This document shows positions 45,693-55,348 of a DNA stretch of 64,000 nt, piece by piece. The stretch's first letter is position 1. Each line of letters starts with the position of its first letter. Source of the stretch: Candidatus Latescibacterota bacterium. GTDB lineage: Bacteria > Latescibacterota > UBA2968 > UBA8231. The DNA lies in the NCBI GenBank assembly GCA_965248355.1, contig OZ252098.1, forward strand, positions 5,216,001 to 5,280,000. The letters run 5' to 3'. A model generated the notes under the pieces. The model saw nothing but the letters and a program-made list of their open reading frames with translations, searched no databases and was not told where the DNA came from. Made by a program: the position numbers and the translations under genes.

Positions 45693-46544
45693 TCACCCCG
45701 TCTCCTCGTCGTCCCGCCGCACCAGCAGGTAGACAACGAGGGCCATGACGTTGCCCAGGAGGCCGAAGAGGCCCCACACCCCCGCCCGTTCCCTCCGCTT
45801 GTGGGCGTCCAGGCTCATCCACGAGGGGATGCTGATCCAGAAGGCGATCAGGCTGGCCAGAAACAGGTAGTGGATGCTGGTCCCCAGCAACCTCAGGCGT
45901 TCGCTTCTCCGCAAGTAAGGATCGTCCGGTAGAGAGACTACGGCGGCGATCAGGCCGTCCCTCAGCCGGCTCATTTCGACCCGTGTACCTTTCACGCTGG
46001 TATGACGGGAATGGACGAGGTGCTCTGGGAACATCTGACTGAGTGGCCCGAGAGGCGAGGTTTCGTAGCCGCCTATGACCGAGATCAGCAGGATCCCGGT
46101 TCGCTGCATGGGCTGGAGCAGGCCTTCGGGAAGACTGTCCAGCCGTCGATGCAGGGTGGGAAGAGGGTAGTTCTCGACATTACGCAACGGGGGGCTGTGC
46201 CTGCCGTAGTACACGATGTGGCCCTCAGAATCGGTCACCCACACCTCGCCGATGGCTTTCTCCCGGGCCACGGCGTTCCCTAGGGCCTCCTGGGTCTGGC
46301 GGTTGCCGTCGAGCGTATTGATGACGCTGGCGACTCGGTCCAGGGCGGCCCTGAGCTCTCCTTCCCTCGCCTTCAAGGCCTCCTTCTTGAGCCGTTGTGC
46401 TTCATAGTAGCCTTCCATCTCGACGCCCTTCCTGGGTCCCACATAGTACGCGTAGAAAAGCCTGGAGGAGAGGAAAACCAGCAGGCTCAGGACGGCCACT
46501 CTGGGCAGCCACCGGTGAAGCTTCTCTTGCATGCGCCTGTTCAT
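45693..46544 (-). CDS. Membrane protein with periplasmic domain and C-terminal DA.KR...W..FGL TM hairpin (ECF-associated)
   Basis: N-terminal TM, soluble middle, C-terminal WMSLDAHKRRERAGVWGLFGLLGNVMALVVYLLVR; overlaps the upstream gene (ATGA). Confidence 0.7.
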   Translation of the reverse strand: MNRRMQEKLHRWLPRVAVLSLLVFLSSRLFYAYYVGPRKGVEMEGYYEAQRLKKEALKAREGELRAALDRVASVINTLDGNRQTQEALGNAVAREKAIGEVWVTDSEGHIVYYGRHSPPLRNVENYPLPTLHRRLDSLPEGLLQPMQRTGILLISVIGGYETSPLGPLSQMFPEHLVHSRHTSVKGTRVEMSRLRDGLIAAVVSLPDDPYLRRSERLRLLGTSIHYLFLASLIAFWISIPSWMSLDAHKRRERAGVWGLFGLLGNVMALVVYLLVRRDDEETG

Positions 46545-46885
46545 GGGGTCCTCTCCCGTCTTCGGCAGTTGAGTAGGATGACCGGGCTTGCCAGCAGGGT
46601 TGCCAAGTTCAGACCGGCCAGGCCGAGGAGGACACCCCGCAGGAGCTGGTCCGCATCGAGCCTCGCACCAGCAGTCCACAGCAGGGCGACCAGCTCCAGC
46701 CCGATCAGCCCTGCCGCGATCCTCTCGGGCCACGGCACGTGGATCGCCCCCACGCCGGTCCGTTTCCGGGACCAGCCCAGGGCCGCCGCCCTCACCCCCT
46801 CCTCCACCCCGCGGGGCACCGGCACCTCGGGCGCGGGTCCCAGCAGCGCCCGGATCTCCTCTACGGCGCGGTCCTCCGGATTCAT
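46541..46885 (-). CDS. Putative membrane anti-sigma factor
   Basis: Directly downstream of the ECF gene (ATGA overlap); short cytoplasmic N-terminus plus 2 TM. Confidence 0.6.
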   Translation of the reverse strand: MNPEDRAVEEIRALLGPAPEVPVPRGVEEGVRAAALGWSRKRTGVGAIHVPWPERIAAGLIGLELVALLWTAGARLDADQLLRGVLLGLAGLNLATLLASPVILLNCRRRERTP

Positions 46886-47409
46886 GACTCGCCCGCCATC
46901 CGGCGCAGTTGCTTCAGGGCGTGGTGCAGGCGGCTCTTCACCGTCCCCACCGGCACCCCGACGATCCCTGCCGTCTCCTCCTGCGAGTACCCGTGCAGGA
47001 CGCGGAGCACGACGACCGCGCGCAGCTCCGGCCTCAGCCCCCCGAGCAGCCGGTGCGCGGACTCGCTTTCCACCAGCCGGTCGTGGGGGTCCGTCGCCGG
47101 CGGCGGCCCTGGCAGTTCGCCCGCGGGGATGCTCATCCTCCGGCGGCGCCGGCGCAGCTCATCCATGCACAGGTTGTGGGCCACGGTGTAGAGCCAGGTC
47201 CTGAACCGGGACCGGGGATCGAAGCGGCCGGCGTTCTTCAACACCCGCATGCAGGTCTCCTGGAAGACGTCCTCGGCCAGGCTCTCGTCCCGCAGTACCC
47301 GGCGGATGAAGTTGAACAGGGGCCGGGCATGGCGTTCGTACAGCGCGTCGAAGGCCTGCATCTCCCCCCGCTGGAGATCCTGCATCAGCTCTTCGTCGCT
47401 GCATCCCAT
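46882..47409 (-). CDS. ECF RNA polymerase sigma factor
   Basis: SDEELM, AFDALYERH, AEDVFQE, FRTWLYTVAHN, GYSQEETAGIVGVPVGTVKSRLHHA. Confidence 0.93.
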   Translation of the reverse strand: MGCSDEELMQDLQRGEMQAFDALYERHARPLFNFIRRVLRDESLAEDVFQETCMRVLKNAGRFDPRSRFRTWLYTVAHNLCMDELRRRRRRMSIPAGELPGPPPATDPHDRLVESESAHRLLGGLRPELRAVVVLRVLHGYSQEETAGIVGVPVGTVKSRLHHALKQLRRMAGES

Positions 47410-47440
47410 CGGTCCTGGAATTCCACCACCTCCAACTGTC

Positions 47441-47467
47441 TATACGGCTGAGGCAGGGATTTCGTTC
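47441..47467 (-). promoter_or_regulatory. Putative autoregulatory ECF promoter
   Basis: On - strand GAAC-N17-CGTATA, about 30 bp upstream of the sigma ATG; fits the AAC/CGT ECF pattern. Confidence 0.6.
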
Positions 47468-47779
47468 GCGTCGACCGGGGTCCAGGTGCCGCCAGGGCCC
47501 GGATGAAGGCGGACAGTGGGCCGCGGGCCCGGGCAGCGCCGTGAGCGGAGGTCGGTCCGAGGGAGATGGGGGTCGGGGTACCGGTGATGCGTCCGCAAGG
47601 CAGTTCGTCGGAGTGCGAGCTGCTGACCGGCTTGCGGCCCCTGTGGTTTGACGGGGGCCGCAGGGCCAGTGGCGAAGGCCGCGGCGCCAAGTGAGAACCG
47701 CAGCCTCCGGGGATCTTCCTGGTCTGGGAGGTGATCGAACCGCGAGCCGGTGCGGTCTCGGCGCCCAGCTATCTCCCCC

Positions 47780-48586
47780 TTACAGCCCCACTTCCGCCGC
47801 CATCTCGCGGCACCACTTGTAGTTGGTCCGGTGGAAATCGGGCGGGAACCACGGATAGGTGACCGGCTCGATGTAGCCGGTGTAGCCGACCTCCTTCAGG
47901 GCGGTGAAGACCGCCTTCCAGTCGACGATGTCGCCCGGTGCTCCCGGGGCGCACTGCGTGGCGTAGGGGTAGTGGAGCAGCATGCCCTTGATGCGGACGT
48001 AGCGGATGTTGTCGGCGAAGTCGTGGATGGCGCGGCAGGGATCCTCCATGAGGATCGCCATGTTGGAGACGTCGAGGGTGGCCTGAAGGCGCTCCGACCC
48101 GACGTGGTGGCGCAGCAGGGCGAAGCAGTTGGAGGTGTCGATGAGCTGGTTCTCGTGGTTCTGCATCAGCAGGTCCACGCCCACCTGCTCGGCGTGGTGG
48201 CAGAGCCGCTTGCAGACCTTGACCATCGCCTTCCAGCCGTCGTTCTCGCCGGCGGGGAAGCCACCGGCCAGGAACTTCACGCTGCCGGCCTCGAACTCGG
48301 CGGCCAGGTCGAGGGCCCGCCGGAAGAACCGCTCCGTCTCGCCGGTCTCCACCTTGGTGGCGAAGCCGCCGATCTTCCAGGGATTCAGCGTGCTGATGTC
48401 CAGGTTGCGATCGGCGGCCAGCCGCTTGTAGCTCTCGATCTCGCTGCTGGTGATGGTCTCCGGATCGACGTGGCCCCCGGGGGCGAGGATCGGTCCGCAG
48501 GCGTCGTAGCCGATGTCGGCCAGCTCGTTGATCGCGTCCTCCAGGGACCACCATTCGAGGCCGCAGGTGTGGAAGCTGAGTTTCAC
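47780..48586 (-). CDS. Sugar phosphate isomerase/epimerase (xylose isomerase-like TIM barrel)
   Basis: On the - strand from GTG 48586: VKLSFHT...ADIGYD...QNHE...TLDVSN...GDIVDWKAVFTALKEVGYTGYI; GGAGG RBS. Confidence 0.8.
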   Translation of the reverse strand: MKLSFHTCGLEWWSLEDAINELADIGYDACGPILAPGGHVDPETITSSEIESYKRLAADRNLDISTLNPWKIGGFATKVETGETERFFRRALDLAAEFEAGSVKFLAGGFPAGENDGWKAMVKVCKRLCHHAEQVGVDLLMQNHENQLIDTSNCFALLRHHVGSERLQATLDVSNMAILMEDPCRAIHDFADNIRYVRIKGMLLHYPYATQCAPGAPGDIVDWKAVFTALKEVGYTGYIEPVTYPWFPPDFHRTNYKWCREMAAEVGL

Positions 48587-50007
48587 GCTGTTCCTCCCGT
48601 CTGTTGGGTCTGTTGTGATTGCTGCTCGGCGAACTCGGGCCGGCCGAGGGCGTCGGTGCCCTGGTGCTCGTAGCGCGGCAGGGCCCCCCCGGCGTCGGCC
48701 AGGATGCGCTCTTGGGCGAGGGCGATCCGCTCGGGGCACCGGGCGGCGATGTTCTGCCGGCACTCCGGGTCCGCCTCCAGGTCGAAGAGCCGCGGCTGCT
48801 GGAAGTCGACGCCGGCGAAGTACCAGCTCTTCGGGTCCTTGTACCACACGAAGTTGCCGTAGCGGCAGGTGAGGTACTCGCGGGGGCTGAATCCGGGCTC
48901 GCCCTCCACGAGGGGCAGCAGGCTCCGCCCCTCGATCTCGCCAGCCGGCTGGGCCCCGCTCGCGGCGATCACGGTGGCGGGGACGTCGAGTGTGTAGACC
49001 AGCTCGTCGCAAACCGTTCCGGCGTTGGCGCCGGAGGGATGGCGCGCGAGCAGGGGGATGTCCATGGTCCCCGGGTACATGTAGCCCGCCGGCTTTCCGG
49101 TGACGCGCTCGGCGTTGTCGGCGAAGTTGGTGCCGTGGTCGCTGAGGAAGAGGATCAGGGTGCTCTTCTTCAGCCCCAGCCGGTCGATGGTATCCACCAG
49201 CTTTCCGAACCAGGTGTCGACCAGCGTCACCAGGCCGGCGTAGTTGGCCTTGACGCTCTCCAGCCGCGCCTCGACGGCCGCGTCCTCGAGGGGGCGGTAG
49301 GGCAGGTTGAGGAGGATGGGCTCGCGCTCCTCGCGGCGGCCGTAGAGGTCGTAGTAGTGCAGCGGCGCCTCCCACGTCTCGTGGGGCGTGAATCCGTCCA
49401 CGTACAGGTAGAAAGGCGTGTTTCTCGCGTTGTGCTCCACGAACTCGATGGCCGAGCGGAAGAGCCGCGCCGTGGGCCACGTCTCCTCGGGGCGATGGGG
49501 CTGCACGTTGACGAGGTGGGCCCGGATCCGCGGCGGGTTGCCCTGGTAGCGGGAGACCAGCGCCTCGTCGGCGCGGGCCGTGGCCCGGTAGCGGTCCTCG
49601 GCCTGGCCCCGAACGAACTCCCACTGCCGGAAGCCGCGGGTGAAGTTCATCCCCGGGACGAAGTAGTGGGGCACGTCGGCGAAGAAGCCGGTATGGTAGC
49701 CGCCGCCCACCAGCGCCTCGGCGATGGCCGGCTCGTCGGCCGACATGGGCTGCCAGCCGGGGATGTAGACGTTGTCCCAGGGCACGGGGGCATAGCTGGA
49801 GAAGGGGAAGGCCCGGCGGCCCGTGTGCAGGGTGCGTCGCGTCGGGATGGTGGGCAGGCATTCGGGATGGGCGTTGGTGAAGCGAACGCCCTGAGCAGCG
49901 AAGCGGTCCAGGTTGGGCGTGTGGACCCAGTCGTTGCCGTAGGCGCCGAGATAGGCGGTGCGCAGCGTATCCGCCACGACGACGACGATGTTGCAGCCCT
50001 GGCTCAT
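48583..50007 (-). CDS. Sulfatase-like/alkaline-phosphatase superfamily hydrolase
   Basis: NIVVVVADTLR, TPNLDRFAAQGVRF, PTIPTRRTLHTG, TPHE, FLSDHG, LFDLEADP. Confidence 0.88.
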   Translation of the reverse strand: MSQGCNIVVVVADTLRTAYLGAYGNDWVHTPNLDRFAAQGVRFTNAHPECLPTIPTRRTLHTGRRAFPFSSYAPVPWDNVYIPGWQPMSADEPAIAEALVGGGYHTGFFADVPHYFVPGMNFTRGFRQWEFVRGQAEDRYRATARADEALVSRYQGNPPRIRAHLVNVQPHRPEETWPTARLFRSAIEFVEHNARNTPFYLYVDGFTPHETWEAPLHYYDLYGRREEREPILLNLPYRPLEDAAVEARLESVKANYAGLVTLVDTWFGKLVDTIDRLGLKKSTLILFLSDHGTNFADNAERVTGKPAGYMYPGTMDIPLLARHPSGANAGTVCDELVYTLDVPATVIAASGAQPAGEIEGRSLLPLVEGEPGFSPREYLTCRYGNFVWYKDPKSWYFAGVDFQQPRLFDLEADPECRQNIAARCPERIALAQERILADAGGALPRYEHQGTDALGRPEFAEQQSQQTQQTGGTA

Positions 50008-52019
50008 CGATTCGTCTCCAGTGTCACATGAAGGGCGAGCAGGTCGCAGTCGCCCGGGATATTCAGAGGGATCCGCGCCGTGCCGCCGGCGCCCGCCTCC
50101 ACGCGGCCGCTCCAGTCCTGCCCGGACCAGATCTCCCGCACCGCCCCCAGGGACTTGCCCTCCGGCGGCTCGATCACCAGCGACGTGCGGCAGCCCACCG
50201 GCGTGTAGGGGAAGAGGATGGCCAGCAGGGAGTCGTCGTTGGTCATGGGCAGCATCTCCATCGTGGGCACGGCGCGCCCGTCGGCGGGCCTCAGGGTGCG
50301 GTAGTCGTCCTCCGGCGGGAAGGGGTCCAGCCGCGTCAGGGGCCGGCGCCCCGAGGTCCACAGGATCAGCCGGCGCAGCAGTTCCACGTTGCTGGTCTCC
50401 TCCACGAGGGAGCTGGCGGGGATCCTCCCGGTCCAGGTGACCGCCGGCATGCCGGCGAGCCAGGCCTCCCGGCGGCCGCCCTCCTCCACCAGGACCAGCG
50501 CCGGACGGCCTTCGACCGTGCCGAGGACCTCGCCCTCCGGACCCGCGTCCACCCGCGTGGCGAGGATCACCGGGTCGTCCAGGCCATCGGTCAGCGGGTG
50601 ATCACCCAGCAGCTCCATCTCGAAGGCGCCGGAGTGGATCTCCTGCGGCAGCGGGCAGGGGCCGCGACCCTCCCACGGGCCGGCCGGCCGGTTGCCGATC
50701 CACAGCAGGCCTTCGCCCCCTTCGGCGAGAGCGTCGATGCGGTCGATCTGGCCGGCCGTGAGGCAGTGCGTCTCGGGCAGGATCAGCGGGCCCCGCAGGT
50801 GGTGGCCGGCGTCGTCGAGGCGCTCGTCCCAGAACCAGCCCCAGGGCAGGCCCGTGCGATAGAGCATGTCCACCATGCCGATGAGGGGGCCGTGCCCCCA
50901 GGCCGAGTCGTGATGGCCGTAGATCTCGGACTGCTGGGGCATGAGCATGGTGGCGAAGGCGTAGGGCCGGTGGGAGGCGAAGGCCGGCATCAGCCGCCGC
51001 GCTTCGTCGAAGGCCTCGAAGAACCCGGGGATGATCTTCATCTGCTCGTAGGTGTAGGGCATGACCAGGTCGGCGCCCAGGGCGAAGGGCACGACCGCGG
51101 CCAGCAGCCCGTCCTGCCGGCCCATGGGCACGGCCCGGGCCGGCGGCATGAAGCCCTGGGGATAGATGTCGACCTGCCGGTCCAGGCAGGCGCCCACCAG
51201 GCTGCGCGTCGTCTCCGAGAGGATGCGGCGGTGCGGCCGGTGCAGGATGAGATGGTGGTGGTTGAAGTGGTAGGGGTCGGTGGCGATGACGTCGTGGGCG
51301 AGGGCGTCGAGGCCCAGGCGGATGCCGGTCTGCCAGGCGTTGTAGTTGCGCTCGGGGACGACGGGGCTGTGCTGGATGCCCACGGTCACGTCGGGCCGGA
51401 CCTCCTTGATGGCGGCGCGCAGCTCCGAATGCACGGCCTGCCAGTTGTCGAACCGGGCCTCGAGCCACGCGTACCACAGGGGGTCGTCCCAATCGCGCGC
51501 AATGGGCGGATCCTGGCCCGTGCTGTTGCGGAACTCCGACCGGCAGAAGTCGCAGTAGCAGCCGATGCTGCCGTCCCCGAAGCCGAGGGAGGCCTCGTCG
51601 TTGAGGTGGATCTCCACCACCGCCGGCCACCGGCAGACCTCCATGAGCAGGGACAGGTACCAGTCCTTGTTCTCCGGCCGGAAGGGGCACAGCCACCGCA
51701 CCCGCAGCCCGTCGAGGTCCTGCACCGCGCCGTCGCCGGCCAGGTGCATGAGCCGGTGGGGCTCCTGCGCCAGCAGGGTTTCCTGGTACTTCATGTAACC
51801 GGTGAAGGCGATGAGGCCCAGGCCGCGGTCCCCGCACTGGCGGGCCAGCCACTCGCCCTGCTCCAGGGAGAAGCCGTGGTACTGCTTGGGCAGCACCACC
51901 AGGCCGGCGCCCACGTCGGAGAACTCCTCGCCCACGATCTGGTCGAGTGTCTCCTCGTTGAGCGACACCCTCGGAAAGCTGAGCAGCGCCGCGCGCCGGA
52001 GTGTCCTCTGCCCGGCCAT
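50004..52019 (-). CDS. Hypothetical glycoside hydrolase-like protein (TIM barrel with CYC..C loop plus GATase-like domain, GH42-like architecture)
   Basis: LCP, LNDE, GCYCDFCRSEF, IATDPY, LILPETHCL; ATG 52019. Confidence 0.55.
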   Translation of the reverse strand: MAGQRTLRRAALLSFPRVSLNEETLDQIVGEEFSDVGAGLVVLPKQYHGFSLEQGEWLARQCGDRGLGLIAFTGYMKYQETLLAQEPHRLMHLAGDGAVQDLDGLRVRWLCPFRPENKDWYLSLLMEVCRWPAVVEIHLNDEASLGFGDGSIGCYCDFCRSEFRNSTGQDPPIARDWDDPLWYAWLEARFDNWQAVHSELRAAIKEVRPDVTVGIQHSPVVPERNYNAWQTGIRLGLDALAHDVIATDPYHFNHHHLILHRPHRRILSETTRSLVGACLDRQVDIYPQGFMPPARAVPMGRQDGLLAAVVPFALGADLVMPYTYEQMKIIPGFFEAFDEARRLMPAFASHRPYAFATMLMPQQSEIYGHHDSAWGHGPLIGMVDMLYRTGLPWGWFWDERLDDAGHHLRGPLILPETHCLTAGQIDRIDALAEGGEGLLWIGNRPAGPWEGRGPCPLPQEIHSGAFEMELLGDHPLTDGLDDPVILATRVDAGPEGEVLGTVEGRPALVLVEEGGRREAWLAGMPAVTWTGRIPASSLVEETSNVELLRRLILWTSGRRPLTRLDPFPPEDDYRTLRPADGRAVPTMEMLPMTNDDSLLAILFPYTPVGCRTSLVIEPPEGKSLGAVREIWSGQDWSGRVEAGAGGTARIPLNIPGDCDLLALHVTLETNR

Positions 52020-52021
52020 GG

Positions 52022-53359
52022 CTACATGACCTCCCTTTCCGCGGCGGCGAGGGACGCCTCGGCGATGTCGAGGAGCGTGTCCAGCTCGGGCCGGGTGATG
52101 GTCAGGGGAGGGTAGAAGCGGAGGTCGTCGCCGTTGACGCCGTCGGCGCAGCCGGAGGTGGAGGCGGCGTTGAGGCCGCGCTCCCGCATGTGACCGGCCA
52201 CCCGGCGGCCGAAGCCGACGCCGGCGGGGAAGGGCTGGCGGCGCTCCCGGTCGCGCACCAGCTCGATGCCCAGGATCAGGCCGAAGGTGCGCACCTCCCC
52301 GACGCTGGGGTGGCCGCGGAAGCGCCGGGCCTCCGCCGCCAGGTGCGCGGCCATCCCGGTGACGTGGCCGAGGATGTCCTCGCGCTCGATGATGTCGAGG
52401 ACCTCCAGCCCCACGCGCATGGCCACGGGGTTGTTGACGTAGGTGAAGATGTGATGGAACTCCTGCCCGGCGTCGGCGAAGGCGCCGGCCACGGCCTGCC
52501 GCATGAGCACCCCCCCGAGAGGGATGTAGCCGCTGCTGGCGCCCTTGCCGAAGACGATCATGTCGGGCTGCACGTCCCAGTGCTCCATGGCGAAGAGGCG
52601 GCCGCTGCGGCCGAAGCCGGTGACGATCTCGTCGGCGATGAAGAGCACGTCGTGGCGGTCGCAGATCTCGCGCACCCGGGCGAAGTAGCCCTCGGGCGGC
52701 ACGCCGCAGACGAAGGCGGCGATGGGCACGGGCTCGCAGACGAAGGCGGCCACGTTTTCGGAGCCGCGGCGCCGGATCGTCGCATCGAGGTCGTCGGCGC
52801 AGGTGAGGTTGCAGGCGCCGTTGCAGCCCTCGAAGCGGCAGCGGTAGGGATAGCAGGGGGCGATGTGGGGGAAGTCGGCCAGCCACGGGGCGAAGGGGGC
52901 CCGCGGTCCCGGCACGCCGCTGAGGGACATGGCCCCCAGGGTGCCGCCGTGGTAGCCGCCCCGGCGGGAGATCACCAGCTGCTTGCCCTCGTTGCCCCGC
53001 AGCAGGTGGTACTGGCGGGCGATCTTCAGGGCCGACTCGATCGCCTCGGAGCCGCCGGAGACGAAGTAGACCTTGTCCAGGTCGCCCGGGGCCAGTGTCG
53101 TCAGCCTCTCCGCCAGGTCGCGGGCCGGCTTGTTCTCGAAGTGGACGGAGAAGGCGTAGGCCAGGGTCGCGGCCTGCTCGCCCATGACGCCGGCGATGTC
53201 GCGCCGCCCGTGGCCCAGGGTCACGTTGCTGGCGCCGGCGGTGCCGTCGATGTAGCGCCGCCCCTCGTCGTCGTAGAGATGGATGCCCTCGCCGCGGACG
53301 ATGGTGGGGTAGCCGCCGGCCGGGTTCTTGAGAAAGAGGGCGTTCTCCTTCGTCGCCAT
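52022..53359 (-). CDS. Class III PLP aminotransferase
   Basis: GEGIHLYD..GRRYID, SGGSEAIE, YHGGT, LFIADEIVTGFGRSG, PDMIVFGKG. Confidence 0.93.
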   Translation of the reverse strand: MATKENALFLKNPAGGYPTIVRGEGIHLYDDEGRRYIDGTAGASNVTLGHGRRDIAGVMGEQAATLAYAFSVHFENKPARDLAERLTTLAPGDLDKVYFVSGGSEAIESALKIARQYHLLRGNEGKQLVISRRGGYHGGTLGAMSLSGVPGPRAPFAPWLADFPHIAPCYPYRCRFEGCNGACNLTCADDLDATIRRRGSENVAAFVCEPVPIAAFVCGVPPEGYFARVREICDRHDVLFIADEIVTGFGRSGRLFAMEHWDVQPDMIVFGKGASSGYIPLGGVLMRQAVAGAFADAGQEFHHIFTYVNNPVAMRVGLEVLDIIEREDILGHVTGMAAHLAAEARRFRGHPSVGEVRTFGLILGIELVRDRERRQPFPAGVGFGRRVAGHMRERGLNAASTSGCADGVNGDDLRFYPPLTITRPELDTLLDIAEASLAAAEREVM

Positions 53360-53370
53360 GACAGCCGCTT

Positions 53371-54207
53371 TCAACCGATGCGCGCCAGGGTCCGGCGCAG
53401 GAACCTCAAGGAAGCGGGCACCTGCTCCTCGTCGAGGCTGTGGAGGATGAGGGCGCCGTCGAAGCCGGCCTCGCGCAGCCGGCGCAGGTAGCGCTCGTAG
53501 TCCAGCAGCCCCGTGCCCGCCGCCACGTGGCCGGCCTCGCCGTCGCGCACCAGGTCCTTGGCGTGGGCCATCTCGATATCGGGGCCGAGCAGGTCGAAGG
53601 CCTCGTCCAGGATCTCGGCCATGCGCGGCAGGTCCCCGGCCCCGAAGAGGTTGGCGCCGTCGATCACGACCTTGAGGAAGGGGGACCCGAAGTGGTCGAG
53701 CAGCCGCCGGGCCTTCTTCGCCGAATCGACGACGTTGGAGACCTCGGGCTCGAAGACCAGGGGCACGCCGTGAGCGGCGGCGATCTCGACGGCCTCGGAC
53801 ATGGCCTCGAGCATGTCGGCCCAGGCCGCGGGGGAGCCGTTGTCGGGATGCGACCCCCACATGTAGTCGGCGTTGCGGGTGCCGGTGGAGAACGTGATCC
53901 GCGGCGCCCCCATGAGCGGACAGGCGGCGGCCAGCTGGCGGAGGCTGCGGAAGTTGCGGGCGCGCTCCTCGAGATCGGGGTGGATGATGTTGAAGGTGCC
54001 GGAGACCGCGTCCAGGGTCAGCCCCCGAGCCGCCGCCTGGTCGCGGACCCGGCGGCACAGGTCGGGCTCGAGGCGGTCGGGCATCGGCGGCAGGCCGAGG
54101 GACTCGAGATTGAGCTGGAGGGCTTGCAGGCCGTGGCCGGCGGCGGCGTCGAGGACCTCTTCGAAGGAGGAGCGGTCGAAGATCCGGGTGAAGCCGCCGA
54201 TGCGCAT
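53371..54207 (-). CDS. Sugar phosphate isomerase/epimerase (TIM barrel)
   Basis: SGTFNIIHPD, FEPE, IDGAN, HAKD, GTGLLDY. Confidence 0.85.
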   Translation of the reverse strand: MRIGGFTRIFDRSSFEEVLDAAAGHGLQALQLNLESLGLPPMPDRLEPDLCRRVRDQAAARGLTLDAVSGTFNIIHPDLEERARNFRSLRQLAAACPLMGAPRITFSTGTRNADYMWGSHPDNGSPAAWADMLEAMSEAVEIAAAHGVPLVFEPEVSNVVDSAKKARRLLDHFGSPFLKVVIDGANLFGAGDLPRMAEILDEAFDLLGPDIEMAHAKDLVRDGEAGHVAAGTGLLDYERYLRRLREAGFDGALILHSLDEEQVPASLRFLRRTLARIG

Positions 54208-54364
54208 TCGGGGTCCGTCGTGGTGGGCGCGGGCCTGAGGTTTGCCGCCGCCGCCTCCTTCGCTATGCTAGGTTGAAGAAGCGGCTGAACGAGCCGCCAT
54301 AGTAGCGCCCCCGTACAACACGAGCAACGGACTCCGGCATGGAAGGCGAGACCCGCCGTCCCGC

Positions 54365-55324
54365 ATGAATGGCAAGGACGCCTACCGTTCCCTCATGCAG
54401 GAGAGCGGAGTCCACCTGCCCCTGTTCTGCCGGGACTGGTGGCTCGACGCCGTCTGCGGCCCCGGCGGCTGGGACGCGGCCGTCGTCGAGCAGGGCGGAG
54501 AGGTGGCCGCGGCCATGCCCTTCTACGTGCGCCGGCGCCTGGGGCTGACCCTGCTCGTGCAGCCGCCGCTGACGCAGACCCTCGGCCCCTGGGTGCGGGA
54601 GACGGGCGCCGGCCCAACGGGGACCCTGGAGCGCCAGAAGCGGGTCATGTCGAGCCTCATCGACCAGCTGCCCCCCTTCGCCCACTTCGAGCAGGCCTGG
54701 AACCACCGCGTCACCAACTGGCTCCCCTTCTTCTGGAGGGGGTTCTCGCAGACGACCCGCTATACCTACGTCCTGCCCGATCTTGGCGACGAGGGGGCTC
54801 TGTGGGCCAACCTGCGGGAGAACATCCGCCGCGAGATCCGCAAGGCCGAGGGCCGCCACGCCCTGACCGTGCGCAGCGCCGACTCGCCCGCGGAGCTGCA
54901 AGACCTCAACCGCAAGACCTTCGAGAGACAGGGCCGGGCCGTGCCCTATGCCCCCGAGATCGTCGAGCGCATCGACCGCGCCTGCGAGTCCCGCGGCTGC
55001 CGCCGCATCTGGATCGCCGAGGACGGCGAGGGGCGGCCCCACGCCGGCGCCTACGTCGTCTGGGACGAGGACAGCGCCTACTATCTGATCGGGGGAGGCG
55101 ATCCCGAGCTGCGCCGCAGCGGGGCCACCAGTCTCTGCCTGTGGCACGCCATCCGCCACGCGGCGACGGTGACCCGCGGCTTCGACTTCGAGGGTTCCAT
55201 GCTCGAGCCGGTCGAGCGGTTCTTCCGCGCCTTCGGCGCGCGCCAGGTCCCCTATCACCTGGTGAGCAAGACGCCGTCGCGCCTGTGGCGGCTGCGCCGC
55301 TTCATGCAGAGACCGGCCGGCTGA
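54365..55324 (+). CDS. GNAT/FemAB-like acyltransferase
   Basis: PLFCRDWWLD, NIRREIRKA, AYYLIGG, FDFEGSM, FFRAFGA. Confidence 0.8.
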   Translation: MNGKDAYRSLMQESGVHLPLFCRDWWLDAVCGPGGWDAAVVEQGGEVAAAMPFYVRRRLGLTLLVQPPLTQTLGPWVRETGAGPTGTLERQKRVMSSLIDQLPPFAHFEQAWNHRVTNWLPFFWRGFSQTTRYTYVLPDLGDEGALWANLRENIRREIRKAEGRHALTVRSADSPAELQDLNRKTFERQGRAVPYAPEIVERIDRACESRGCRRIWIAEDGEGRPHAGAYVVWDEDSAYYLIGGGDPELRRSGATSLCLWHAIRHAATVTRGFDFEGSMLEPVERFFRAFGARQVPYHLVSKTPSRLWRLRRFMQRPAG

Positions 55325-55348
55325 CCGCCGGGCAGAAAGGAGAGACGG

